Below, one piece after another: positions 49,913 through 61,300 of a stretch of DNA of 64,000 nucleotides. The stretch is from Octopus sinensis (lineage: Eukaryota). The position numbers and the translations under genes were made by a program. The DNA is taken from contig NC_043015.1 of NCBI RefSeq assembly GCF_006345805.1, positions 28,582,001-28,646,000 of the forward strand, given 5' to 3'. The first letter of the stretch is position 1; the number at the start of each line of letters is the position of its first letter. Under the pieces are notes generated by a model. It searched no databases. It was not told the origin of the DNA and worked only from the letters and a program-made list of their open reading frames with translations.

Positions 49913-52900
49913 TACGACGGGCTTCTTTCAGGTTTCCGTCTACCAAATCCACTCACAAGGCTTTGGTTGGCCCGGGGCTATAGTAGAAGACACTTGTCCA
50001 AGGGGCCTCGCAGTGGGACTGAGCCCGGAACCATGTGGTTGGTAAGCAAGCTACTTACCACACAGCCACTCCTGCGCCTGTTTTGGTTTTTCTTTTCTTT
50101 TGCTAATTTTAATCTTTTATATTGTTAATGTTTTTTTCTCTCTTTTCTTTCAATTCGACTTAAAAAAACAAATTTGAATGAGTTGATGAACAAATATAAG
50201 GGAGGCAACTCTTAGCATGCTAATATCCTTTGCGTCAGAAAAAAATTTAGTTGTTATTTTTAAGAGTCAATTTAGCCATGGTCAAGCAGACTTATGATTA
50301 AAGAGGTTCCAACAGCAATCAACCTTTCTTTTATTTTTTTTAATGTTGTGTAAAGACCACGAGCAAATTATTGAATGGTTAAAAAGGTACAATCTTCTTT
50401 TCCAAAGACATACATCATCTCGAAAGTGTCCAGAAGCTGGCTACCCACATGGTTCTTGGTCTCAAGCATTTGTCTTATGACGAAAGGCTGAAGACGCTCG
50501 ACCTTTATTCTCTAGAAAAACGCCGCCGCCGTGGTGATCTCATTCTCGCTCACAACATCATAAGCAGAAAGTGTAACCTCTCGAAAGAGCTGTTCTTCAC
50601 TCCTGCACCAGAGTGTCGGCTGCGGGGTCACTCCGAAAAGCTCTATCTGCGACGAATTCATCTCAATCGAAGGAGAGGGGCTTTTTCTGTCCTGGTTGCG
50701 GATCCGTGGAATAAGCTGCCGGCCGAGATAGTGAAGATCCTGACGACCACATATATACGGCAGGCTCCATTCAGTTTCCGTCTACCAAATCCACTCACTA
50801 GGCATTGGTCGGCCCGAGGCTATAGCAGAAGACACTTACCCAAGATGCCACGCCGTGGGACTGAACCCGGAACCATGTGGTTGGTTAGCAAGCTACTTAC
50901 CACACAGCCACTCCTGCACCTATACAGACACGTGTGTGTGTGTGTGTATATACACACGTGTTACACACATGTGTGTAACTTATAAGATTGACTGATTACA
51001 GTAATTTATGGCTGCTTTATATTGTTTTAACTTACAAGGCATCCATTAACCATTTCTATATTATTTTTTATGTAGAAATAAAAGCCATTCTTACTTCTCT
51101 TCAAAAATATCTATGCCATTTAAACTTTCCTATCAGCAAAGAGCATTTTGGTGCTAAGTTGAAAATACATTCTCAGACCATGTTTTCTATGAATTTATTT
51201 TAGTTGTTAAGATGTATATTATGTCACTTTATCTATGAGGTCTGATCAAAAAATATCAGAACTTGTGCTATAAAAAGAAAACTATAACACAAATCAATTC
51301 AGCATTTAATCGCCTTCAAAGTAATCCTGTTCTAAAGACACACACTTTATCCAGTGCCATTTCCATTGATGGAAGTATTCTTGGAACTTTTTTTTGGGGG
51401 GGGGGGGACAGTGAGCAGTTGCCGCATTGCATTCTCTTAGATTTCCATGATGTCTTGAAATCTTGTTCAAGTGGAATTTGATTTTTGACTTGCTTTTGGA
51501 GTCACAGCCAAAAGACCCATGATTTATCACCTCTTATAACTGTTTTCAAAAGTTATCGTCTTCCTCAACACAATCAAGGAGATCCTGCACATTTGAAACT
51601 TAACCCTTTTTTTTGAGATGACCACACTCTACACACTTTACTTCCAAGCATTGTTATAAACAACAGAAGTGTGCATGCGGGACAGGGTTCAAGGTGAATT
51701 TTCCAAGTGGCTTCATTGTAGATAACTCAGCAACAGCCCAATCCCTTTTGATCAGACCTTGTATTATTATAATTCTATTCACATTCACAATGCATTCATT
51801 ATAAGAATGAATATCCCTATAATCACACTAGTATTTGACTGCTAATCTATTTCATTGATTTTGTAAAGGTAAAAGATATTATTGAACCAATTGTGTATCA
51901 TACTTAATGTCTGAGACCCCCATCAGTCACAACACAGACCATGGGATTGCACCTAGAAAGTCACCCTCTCAGGTACACGTCCGGGCAAGTTTGTTTATGG
52001 AAGACCAGCAGTCGCCCATGCATACCGGCCACCCCTCTCCATACCACCGATGTTATCTGAGCGAAAGGCAAAGGGACCGATACAGCTTGGAACCTGTGTC
52101 GTCGTAACTCATTTCTCCAGCTGAGTGAACTGGAGCAATGTGATATAAAGTGTCTTGCTCAAGAACACAACACGCAGTGGTTAGGGCGTCGAGCTTTCGA
52201 TCGTGAGGTTGTGAGTTCGAATCCCGGACCGGGCTGCGTGTTGTGTTCTTGAGCAAGACACTTTATTTCACGTTGCTCCAGTTCACTCAGCTGTAGAAAT
52301 GAGTTGCGATGTCACAGGTGCCAAGCTGTATCGGCCCCTTTGCCTTTCCCTTGGCTATGAGTATGTGCCATTGACAATGTAGCAGCACAAGCAGTCAGCG
52401 CCATATTGGATGAGATCTCGCGGCAGCCATTGCCATCTCTGAGACGGGAGCGAGACCTCACGTGCATCCATTTGCCATGCGTAAGATCACAACGAGGCTC
52501 GTGACAGAAAACTATATAAAGGGAAAACCCTTTTCAAATCTCTCTTCTTTGGCACCGCTACACAGCAGCGCTTGCTGAACACACCACTTGCTGGAGGCAA
52601 TTTGCACCCGCATTATCGGAGCTTAAGATGGCAGCTGAGAGCAGCACCCTTCATTACCTTTCCTGTAAATAAACCAGTTGTAAATAGCATTTATAATTGA
52701 AGTCTTTTCTCTTCACCTGCTGGAAGCCTGACCTACATAAAGAACAAAAAGATGATGGAAGGAGATGATATTCCTCCAATATCATAAACCTTGCCTTCCA
52801 TTATTAAAACAATGTCTAACAGGACATGAACACATTTAGCATTCTCACCAACCACTGCTAGGACAATCTTCATATGCCTGATATAAATTGTGTTTTTAAA

Positions 52901-54669
52901 CAAGCATGTCCATATGAGATATTATTTCTGCATGAATACTACAGAAAGTTTGCCTTTTGCGATGTATTTACTTTACATATAATATCCAGATGGATATGTA
53001 TATATACTGGCGAGCTGGCAGAAACATTAGCACACTGGGTGAAATACGTAACCATATTTCGTCTGTCGTTACGTTCCGAGTTCAAATTCCGCCAAGGTCG
53101 ACTTTGCCTTTCATCCTTTCGGGGTCGATAAATTAAGTACCAGTTACGTACTGGGGTCGATGTAATCGACTTAATCCCTTTGTCTGTCCTTGTTTGTCCA
53201 TTCTGTGTTTAGCCCCTTGTGGGTAGTAAAGATATATATATATTTAAGTATGCTGTGCATGAGAAGATCTGGCAGGACAAGTGAGACCATAAGCCGTGAC
53301 CTCTACATGGGATGTAGCCAATCCACTTATGCATACCTTTCCTTCTAGGGACAGAAAACTCTGCTTGTGAAGACTTGTTGAGGCAAGTGAAAATCAAAAT
53401 CGAAATCGATCAACATCAATGGAAATTGCAGCTGTGATACCAGTGCCGGTGGTATGTAAGAGAACCATCCGAACGTGGCCATTGCCAGCGCCGCCCCGTC
53501 TGGCCTCGGAAAAAGCACCCACTACACTCACGGAGTGGTTGGCATTAGGAAGGGCTTCTTAACTATACAGCAACAACTGTACTCTAGAAAATTTGACTGC
53601 TCCTGGGTGGGCTTGTACCATTTATTTTTTAGTCTGTTGCCAGCCCCGCCTGGCCCTCGTGCTGGTGGCCGTTTGCCAGTCCTGTCTGACACCTGTGCCG
53701 GTGGCACGTAAAAAGTACCCACTACACTCACGGAGTGGTTGGCGTTAAGAAGGGCATCCAGCTGTAGAAATACTGCCAGATCAGACTGGGCCTGGTGCAG
53801 CCTTCTGGCTTCCCAGACCCCAGTTTGAACCGTCCAACCCATGCTAGCACGGAAAGCGGACGCATGATGATGATGATGATGATGATGATTTGTTTGCATC
53901 TTGCTTAATATTTTCAAATATTTTTTTAAATGGAAATGTTGGTTTGGAAATATTAAATGAAGCCCCATCACTGGAATTTCAGTAACAGCAACAAAAATAG
54001 AAAAGTATATGGGAATTTCTTCACTGATTCTTGTTCTACTTATAGATAGAACATTCTAGAATAGACAGTATATATTCTCTTTGCTACCTTGAGAATATAT
54101 ATGTATATGGTACATTGGCTGTTAACTTTCCAAAAGTTTTGTAATGCCGCAATTATTGAAACAATGTAATTATTTTATCAAGATCCAAGACATAATTACG
54201 AAGGGTGAACACGGGCGCTCAAAAATTTCGAATGTCTAAATTTAAAACAAAGAATATAAAAGCCAGATGCAATCAACACATACATAATAATGGAATATTT
54301 ACTGAGATACTTTATTAACATGAAACATACAAATATTGATTTCACTTTATTCAACGAGAAAATAACGTTTACAGGCAACAGTAGATATATTGTTAAAATA
54401 GTAAACTTGCAAAGAAAGGATACTTTAAAAAGTGTCAAATTTTTCTGTCAATGTATAGCATATACAAATTCATAATATTGATTTGGATTAATGTGGTAGT
54501 ATAATATATCATTGAATAGATATGACCTTGGTTCTACACGATTACAATTATAATGTCCTAAGTCATTTTACTAAAAAAACGATTCTAAATAAATTTGTTC
54601 AGTTACATTCTCCACATAATACAATGTAGTATTCCATAAGAGGGAAATCTTTGACAGGGCAATATCATC

Positions 54670-55833
54670 TTATGTTGTAGGATTTGTTACTTTACCAATG
54701 AAATGGATAATTTTAGTTTGGTTGTCAACAATTAAAAATGTGAATGGATGATTGACATCAAAATCTATACGATTTATAAAAATTCGTGCTGACAGTAAGG
54801 TCATGACCATTCCAGTTGCAGCAGCAGCTTCCGTTCCTTCTTCATTAACATCAACAAATGCTTTATGAAACATTTCACTGGCATAAATATTCTTCTCACC
54901 ACCAGTCATTCCAGATAAATCAGCTTTTAGAGGATCAAAAATATCAGGGAGTCCAAGCTTTTTCAAAACTTCACCCAACTGAAAACTACTCTCGAAACGA
55001 AATTTTGGCATATGTAATACTAGACCCATCATTTCAAATCCTTTTCTGTCAACAATGTCTTTGAGAAATTGAGCATTAATCTCCTTCTCTAAAGCAGCAA
55101 GACCATTGATTTCATTGGGAAGAATTACAAACATACTAAATGCTTCTCCTATATAGGGTAACTCAACCACTTTATAGTTGTCGCTTATTTTTGTATTAAA
55201 TCCTTCATATATATACATAAAATCATGAGATACAGTCTTGTCAGAGCTTAAATAAAACTTTCTAGATGATGTTGCTTCTTCTGAGAATATTTCAGCCCAC
55301 GTTCCTTTAAAGTACACAGCATTAATAAGAACTAGAACCGATTGAGGTGTCAAACTTCCACTTGGTAACAGATCAGTAATTTTGTTATTTGTGTTATTCT
55401 TAACCCAATCATTAATAGTAATTCTTGTCTTCTCAGCATTTGTTATGAAGTCTACATTTTCAATATCTGAAAAGAAATATTTTACCATGTTGTTCTTGTA
55501 GTCTTCAGAAATAGGGAATTTTTCATTGGCGCACAAACGATTCACTGAATTGGATGTGACGAGTTTATCTGAGTTTTTCAAAAGTGAAAAATATTCTTTA
55601 AAAGCTAAAGCTACAGAATCTGGATTTGATGTTATCTTCAAAATATTTTCAAACTGTTTGGCAGAGTTTTGTCTTGCTCCCAAATAAACCATTGATAAAA
55701 CAGTAGCAACACTGAATGGTGACATGAAGACATTTTCATTGGTTCCTGTAGCCACAGCTTGGTAAAGACTGTTTGTAAAATAATCAATTGAAGCAGCAAG
55801 GTTACCGATGTCTTGTTTCTCTGCTGAGTCCAT
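54670..55833 (-). CDS. Serpin S8; RCL TGMVMTLL-SARIFINRID
   Basis: Intact 387-aa ORF with the same serpin motifs as S1. Confidence 0.97.
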   Translation of the reverse strand: MDSAEKQDIGNLAASIDYFTNSLYQAVATGTNENVFMSPFSVATVLSMVYLGARQNSAKQFENILKITSNPDSVALAFKEYFSLLKNSDKLVTSNSVNRLCANEKFPISEDYKNNMVKYFFSDIENVDFITNAEKTRITINDWVKNNTNNKITDLLPSGSLTPQSVLVLINAVYFKGTWAEIFSEEATSSRKFYLSSDKTVSHDFMYIYEGFNTKISDNYKVVELPYIGEAFSMFVILPNEINGLAALEKEINAQFLKDIVDRKGFEMMGLVLHMPKFRFESSFQLGEVLKKLGLPDIFDPLKADLSGMTGGEKNIYASEMFHKAFVDVNEEGTEAAAATGMVMTLLSARIFINRIDFDVNHPFTFLIVDNQTKIIHFIGKVTNPTT

Positions 55834-57369
55834 ATTGTATACGATAGTGTCTGGAGAATATAGAATATGAAGAGAAAATATACGAAATAAATTCTTGCAA
55901 ACATTTCAAAATATTTTATTAGACATTACTGTAATTAAAGACATCTATAAAAGCAAAGTCTGAAATCTCTTCTGATCAAACTCTAATATTAACTTTTACA
56001 TGAACATATTTCTTAACATAACACAGAGTTAATGTGTTTTAAACAGTTTTTAAAATAATTAAAAATTTATATGATTAATTAATATAACCATTTTTTCTCC
56101 AATATTTATCTGATATTTGGCACATATCTTAAAAGTTTCATTTATAAGATGATGTTGGAACTTGTCCATGTTAGCATTTCATAGACAAATTTGAATGGAG
56201 CAGGTTTAGTTTTCATTTTTTGCATATATGGTAAGATAAGGTATCAATTACAATGATATACTCCACCTGCTGAGAGCCTGGTCAAATACTTGCAACAAAA
56301 TGACATCCTCAAAAAAGGCCTTAATGTGCCTGGAGGTGATGTTGAACTAATTAGTGTAATACCAAGCTAGACCGGATCCTGTAAACCTAGACTCAATGGT
56401 TAATATTTAGTTTGTAGAATGACCTGTGGGATGACGTCAGCAGCTGGGTGCGTTGACCGGAAGCTGGGGCAACCGGAAGGGGCTGCTGTCAGGCGTGCGC
56501 AGGCAGCGGTCAATTGGGCCTTTCCAACGTGGGTCGTCCAAATGACAAGACGTGTGAGGACGGTCACGAAGGGTCTGGGTGAGCAGCTGCTATCTTTAGT
56601 GTTCGGGTTGGAGCTGTGTCGAAGGATTAGCTACCACAGAAGTGTCTCCATCATGAGGAAGAGAAGGTAGGTGCCTTTATATTCAAATCGTGCACACACC
56701 ACATGACCGTGTGAAGGAGAGGTGACGAGAATGGCTCCTTTAGTACGCCGCACGGTCGATTACAATAAATAGGAAAAAGGATGAATGAGTATGAATGCCA
56801 GCAGGAAAAGAGAGACACAACCAGTCGAATGTTGAAGAGAAAGATTTTATTGATAGGTTAACATGTGTGTCTGTATGTGTGTCATGTATACATAATAATA
56901 GACAGGCCGTCATGTATACATAATGTGTGTGCAGAAACGTGGATGTATGCGTGTGCGATGAGTACAGAGCATTGAAAGAGTCTATAATAGGACGTTAGAA
57001 GAATGCAAAGCAGAGCAAGTTGAGGCACGTGTCATGCGTGAAGCTGTGGCTACTATGCAGAGCCGGTTACTTGGTACAGAAGGTTCTCGCAGGTTGTATC
57101 TGCTGTTAACCATGGTGAAATAATTCATGAACAGTGTTGAGTAGAGGCCATTGATTGGTTAAAATCTGAAAAATTAAACTACGTTAAACTTACAAATTAC
57201 AATTTTCTCAAGAGAGCCAAGAGAACAAATGTTTCATTTTGACACATTCTACCAGAATACGAAGTTTAAAAGTGTTTAGTTAACTAGAAATTGTGTTGAA
57301 AACTGCCGTTCAAAAGAAAAAGATCCTCCTTTTCTAATTGAAACCATTTTTCTGCAAGGCCTTCCACAT

Positions 57370-58326
57370 GACCATATCACGCCATCTGACAAACTTTTTT
57401 TGGCTACATCCTTCAAGGAACATTTCTAGAGAATAGTAAGTTAAAGTGCGACCAGATTATTGATATTTTATATTATTGAGCAAAAGAAGATTTAGCAAAG
57501 GGAATAGCCCAAGAATGCCGTATAGATTGGAGAAATTTTTACTGTGATATATGTGCAGAATATTATGTTGCACAAAACATTAAGCTCGGAGGGCCAAACC
57601 GAATTGTAGAGATAGATGAAAGAGCGTTTGTTAGAAGAAAATATAATGTTGGCCATCAGGTTAAAACGCAGTGGGTTTTTGGTGCTTTGGAAAGGGATAC
57701 TAGAAGATGGTATTTGGTGGCAGTGGAAGATCGGACTGCGGACACTCTTTTAGAAATTATACAAGAGCGTATATAGCCTGGTACAACTGTAATTTCTGAC
57801 CTCTGGCGTTCGTATAATACGCTCAATCAGCTAGGATATAGGCATTTGACTGTGAATCATCATCATCATCATCATCATCGTTTAACGTCCGTTCTCCATG
57901 CTAGCATGGGTTGGACGGTTCGACCGGGGTTCTGGGAAGCCAGAAGGCTGCACCAGGCTCCAGTCTAATCTGGCAATGTTTCTACAGCTGGATGCCCTTC
58001 CTAACGCCAACCACTCCGTGAGTGTAGTGGGTGCTTTTTACGTGCCACCTGCACAGGTGCCAGGCGAGGCTGGCAACGGCCACGGTCAGATTGGTGTATT
58101 TTATGTGACACCGGCAATAAATTTTGTTGATCCGGTAACATTTGCCACAACCAACCACATAGAATGTTTATGGAAGCATGTAAAGAATCGTAACAAAACA
58201 GAAAATGGAACAGCCCGAAATTTACTTCAATCCCATCTCATTGAATTCATGTGGCATTATGAATTTAAGGACGAAATCTTTGGAAAGTTATTGGAACAAA
58301 TTCAACATCTATACCCATGCATTTGA
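57370..58326 (+). pseudogene. Merlin transposase fossil, copy 5, with the SINE insertion
   Basis: Near-identical to 5100-6058. Confidence 0.85.
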
Positions 58327-61300
58327 AACCTTACAGAAAAGAAGTATCTACAAAGCATTTGTTTTATATTTCGTTAAATTCTCTCAGTTGAAAATTATAT
58401 TTTTATATTCTAAATAATTTGCAATTTCAGAAAATATATTAACTTTGCGTTTTTTAATTTGATAAATTCTACGGAAACAAACAAGTGACGTCAGATTGAC
58501 GTCACACTTTTTTTCACTTTCCTCCTGACAGCTAATTCCGTAGTGGTGCCTGTAACAGGATGTAGCGCAACAACTTGCTCTTTTGTTTTCTTACACACAC
58601 GCCGCCTCAATTCAGGTGGGGTAAACATTTAAATTAACATTTTTTTGTTGATGCTCGTATCCAACCAATGGAGCACGCGTGTGGCCCACTGGTATCATCA
58701 TTAAAGGGGATGAGGAGTAAAAAAAAAAAATCGTAAATTTTCCAAACCATTTTTTCATAACAAGATGTTTCCCATCATTTCGAAGGTTGTGGTGAAAAAC
58801 AATCGGGAAAACCCTGTCCAAAAGGGAGAAATTCCAACTTATGTGGTCTTCTTGATCGGAAACTCCTCTCCCTGCTCCCTTAAAAATTTTTTCCAAAAAA
58901 AATATCTTTATAATCTTAATCTATGCCGTTTGGAAGGTATTTATATAAAATTTCACTAAAAGATATCCATTTTCCTGAAAGTTATGAGGGAAAAAATAGG
59001 ATTGTGTGAATTTTGCGAAAGTCCTCTCCTCATCCCTGTTTCGTTTACGCAAATTTTGTTTTCCAGATTCGTTAACTTTTTTCTTCTTGTTCTGGTGGCC
59101 GGGTATTAAACATGTAGTGTGATGGATGAAGAAGACAACAGAAAAAGAAGCAACGGGAGAAAGAAATACAAAAGGCCTTACCTCTTCGAAATCAGCGGTC
59201 TCTTTCACGAATTCTACACGTCTTAACGCTTTCCCGTCTATGTTGGAACTGTCCTGCTTGACAAACTCCTGCTGCGCATGCATTCTGCAGTCTTCCGCCC
59301 ACTTCATCTATCACCAGTGCACCACTTAGCTCATCACATCCTATAACACCGACTGCCAACACCACAAAACTAGGTAGTAACCGATTCGCTGGCAGAAAAG
59401 TTAGCACGCCGGGCGAAATGCATAGCGGTATTTCGTCAGCGATACGTTGTGAGTTCAAATTCCGCCGAGGTCGCGTTTGCCTTTCATCCTTTCGGGGTCG
59501 ATAAATTAAGTACCAGTTACGCACTGGAGTCGATGTAATGGACTGAATACCTATGTCTGTCCTTGTTTGTCCCCCCTGTGTTTAGCCCCTTGTGGGCAAT
59601 AAAGAAATAGGTATCCCAGACACTCCTATTAGATTGATACAGAAATTTAACCGTTTTCTTATTTTTTAAGGTAGGATATGATTTTAGGAAGATTTGGCTG
59701 GTCTATTGACCACGTAGGGGTTTTCTCTTTGACTCATATCTAGATTTTGATGTCAGCCAAGCTTTTTAAAGAATGAAAGTTTTCGAAAATGAACACGCTA
59801 ATAATAAATAATTTCCATTATTTTATTTCATACAAAAACATTCGGTTAATGTGAATAACTTGTCTTATTTTATCTAAAAAGACGAAGTGAAAAAAAAAAA
59901 AGAATTTAATCTGCTACATGTTGAAGTTTTGCCGTGATTTGACTTTCAAATAATGCATGACAAAACTATGGAATGTCGTCGATAATGAAGAGACTTTGCG
60001 AGGAAAGTTCGAGCGACGTGGCAATGAATGTGAAGTAATTAGTATGTCGAGTTTCGTTCCTTGCTGATAGAGTTAAAATGGGAGAAACATTTTTGTTTTA
60101 AAATTTCTATAGCGCAAAATAGAAGTTAACTGCAGCATAAAGTAGAAAAGAAGTTCTGCCGACGACCACGTAGACTGCAGTTGACTCCAGAATGTGTACG
60201 GTAGACTAATTAACGATCTCGGCGTATAATGTGTGATGAACCAGAAATAATAATCTCTCTATATGTAAAACTGAGAACGTGTGTCTGTCTGTGTTTCCCT
60301 AAAAGTTGAGAACTACATAACCAATTTCATTCAAATTTTACACATGCCTTACTTAGGGTCCATGTTTTTTTAATGGGCAAAAAAATGTTCAACTTCTTGC
60401 CTCGGACGAGCCCATAGCAATATCATATCTTCTCCACTATGATTCCCTAAAACTTGAAAAGTACATAACCAATTTCATTCAAATTATACACATGCCTTAC
60501 TTAGGGTCCATGTAGTTTCATGGGCAAAAAAATGTTCAACTTCTTGCCTAGAGCGAGCCCATAGCAATATCATATCTTCTCCACTATTTCAGTGTTACGT
60601 GTTAAAAGTGAAACAAAAACATTTCTCTATTTTATGTCAGATACTTTCACTTTAACAATAAAAGTTAGAGATAATAATAACAATTGAATTATATGCAGTA
60701 AGTAATAATTACAATCAAACTAAAGTATAATATAATCGTAACATAACAAAAGTAAAAATAGCAGTTGGTATAAAACTGCATCAATGACTTGAACTTGAAT
60801 AAGTGATTTCACATGAATGGGAATAAATCAAAAATAAAATTAGTGTGCAGTATTGGAATAGCCCAGATGGAGCTGTGCACATACCATTTACCACGGCTTT
60901 TACATTAGATTATTTGCTAATTAGCTAGCATTAAGTTTGGCTGCATGTAATGTCTGTTTTCTCGAACAGCCACTACTACTGAGTACTGCTGTTGGTTTAT
61001 TTTTTTATACATAAAAGACCATAGCTTCAACTGCGTACTGCTTTTTGATTCACCGTAAGGATTGTTGTTATTATTATTATTATTGTTTATTGTTATCACG
61101 TTTGTTGGTTCCTAGTAAGGGAAACGTTGTTGTGTTACATTTGTTAAATAATTGTAAACTGTAACCCTCCTTCTTTGGGAAAAGGGCTTTGGTTATTGTT
61201 TAAAAATTGAATTGTGTCCCTGTTTGGGGAAATTGACAATATTTTCACTGTTTATACAGAAGCATTTTTGTTAGAATGCCTTCGATAGAAGAAAGTCCAA

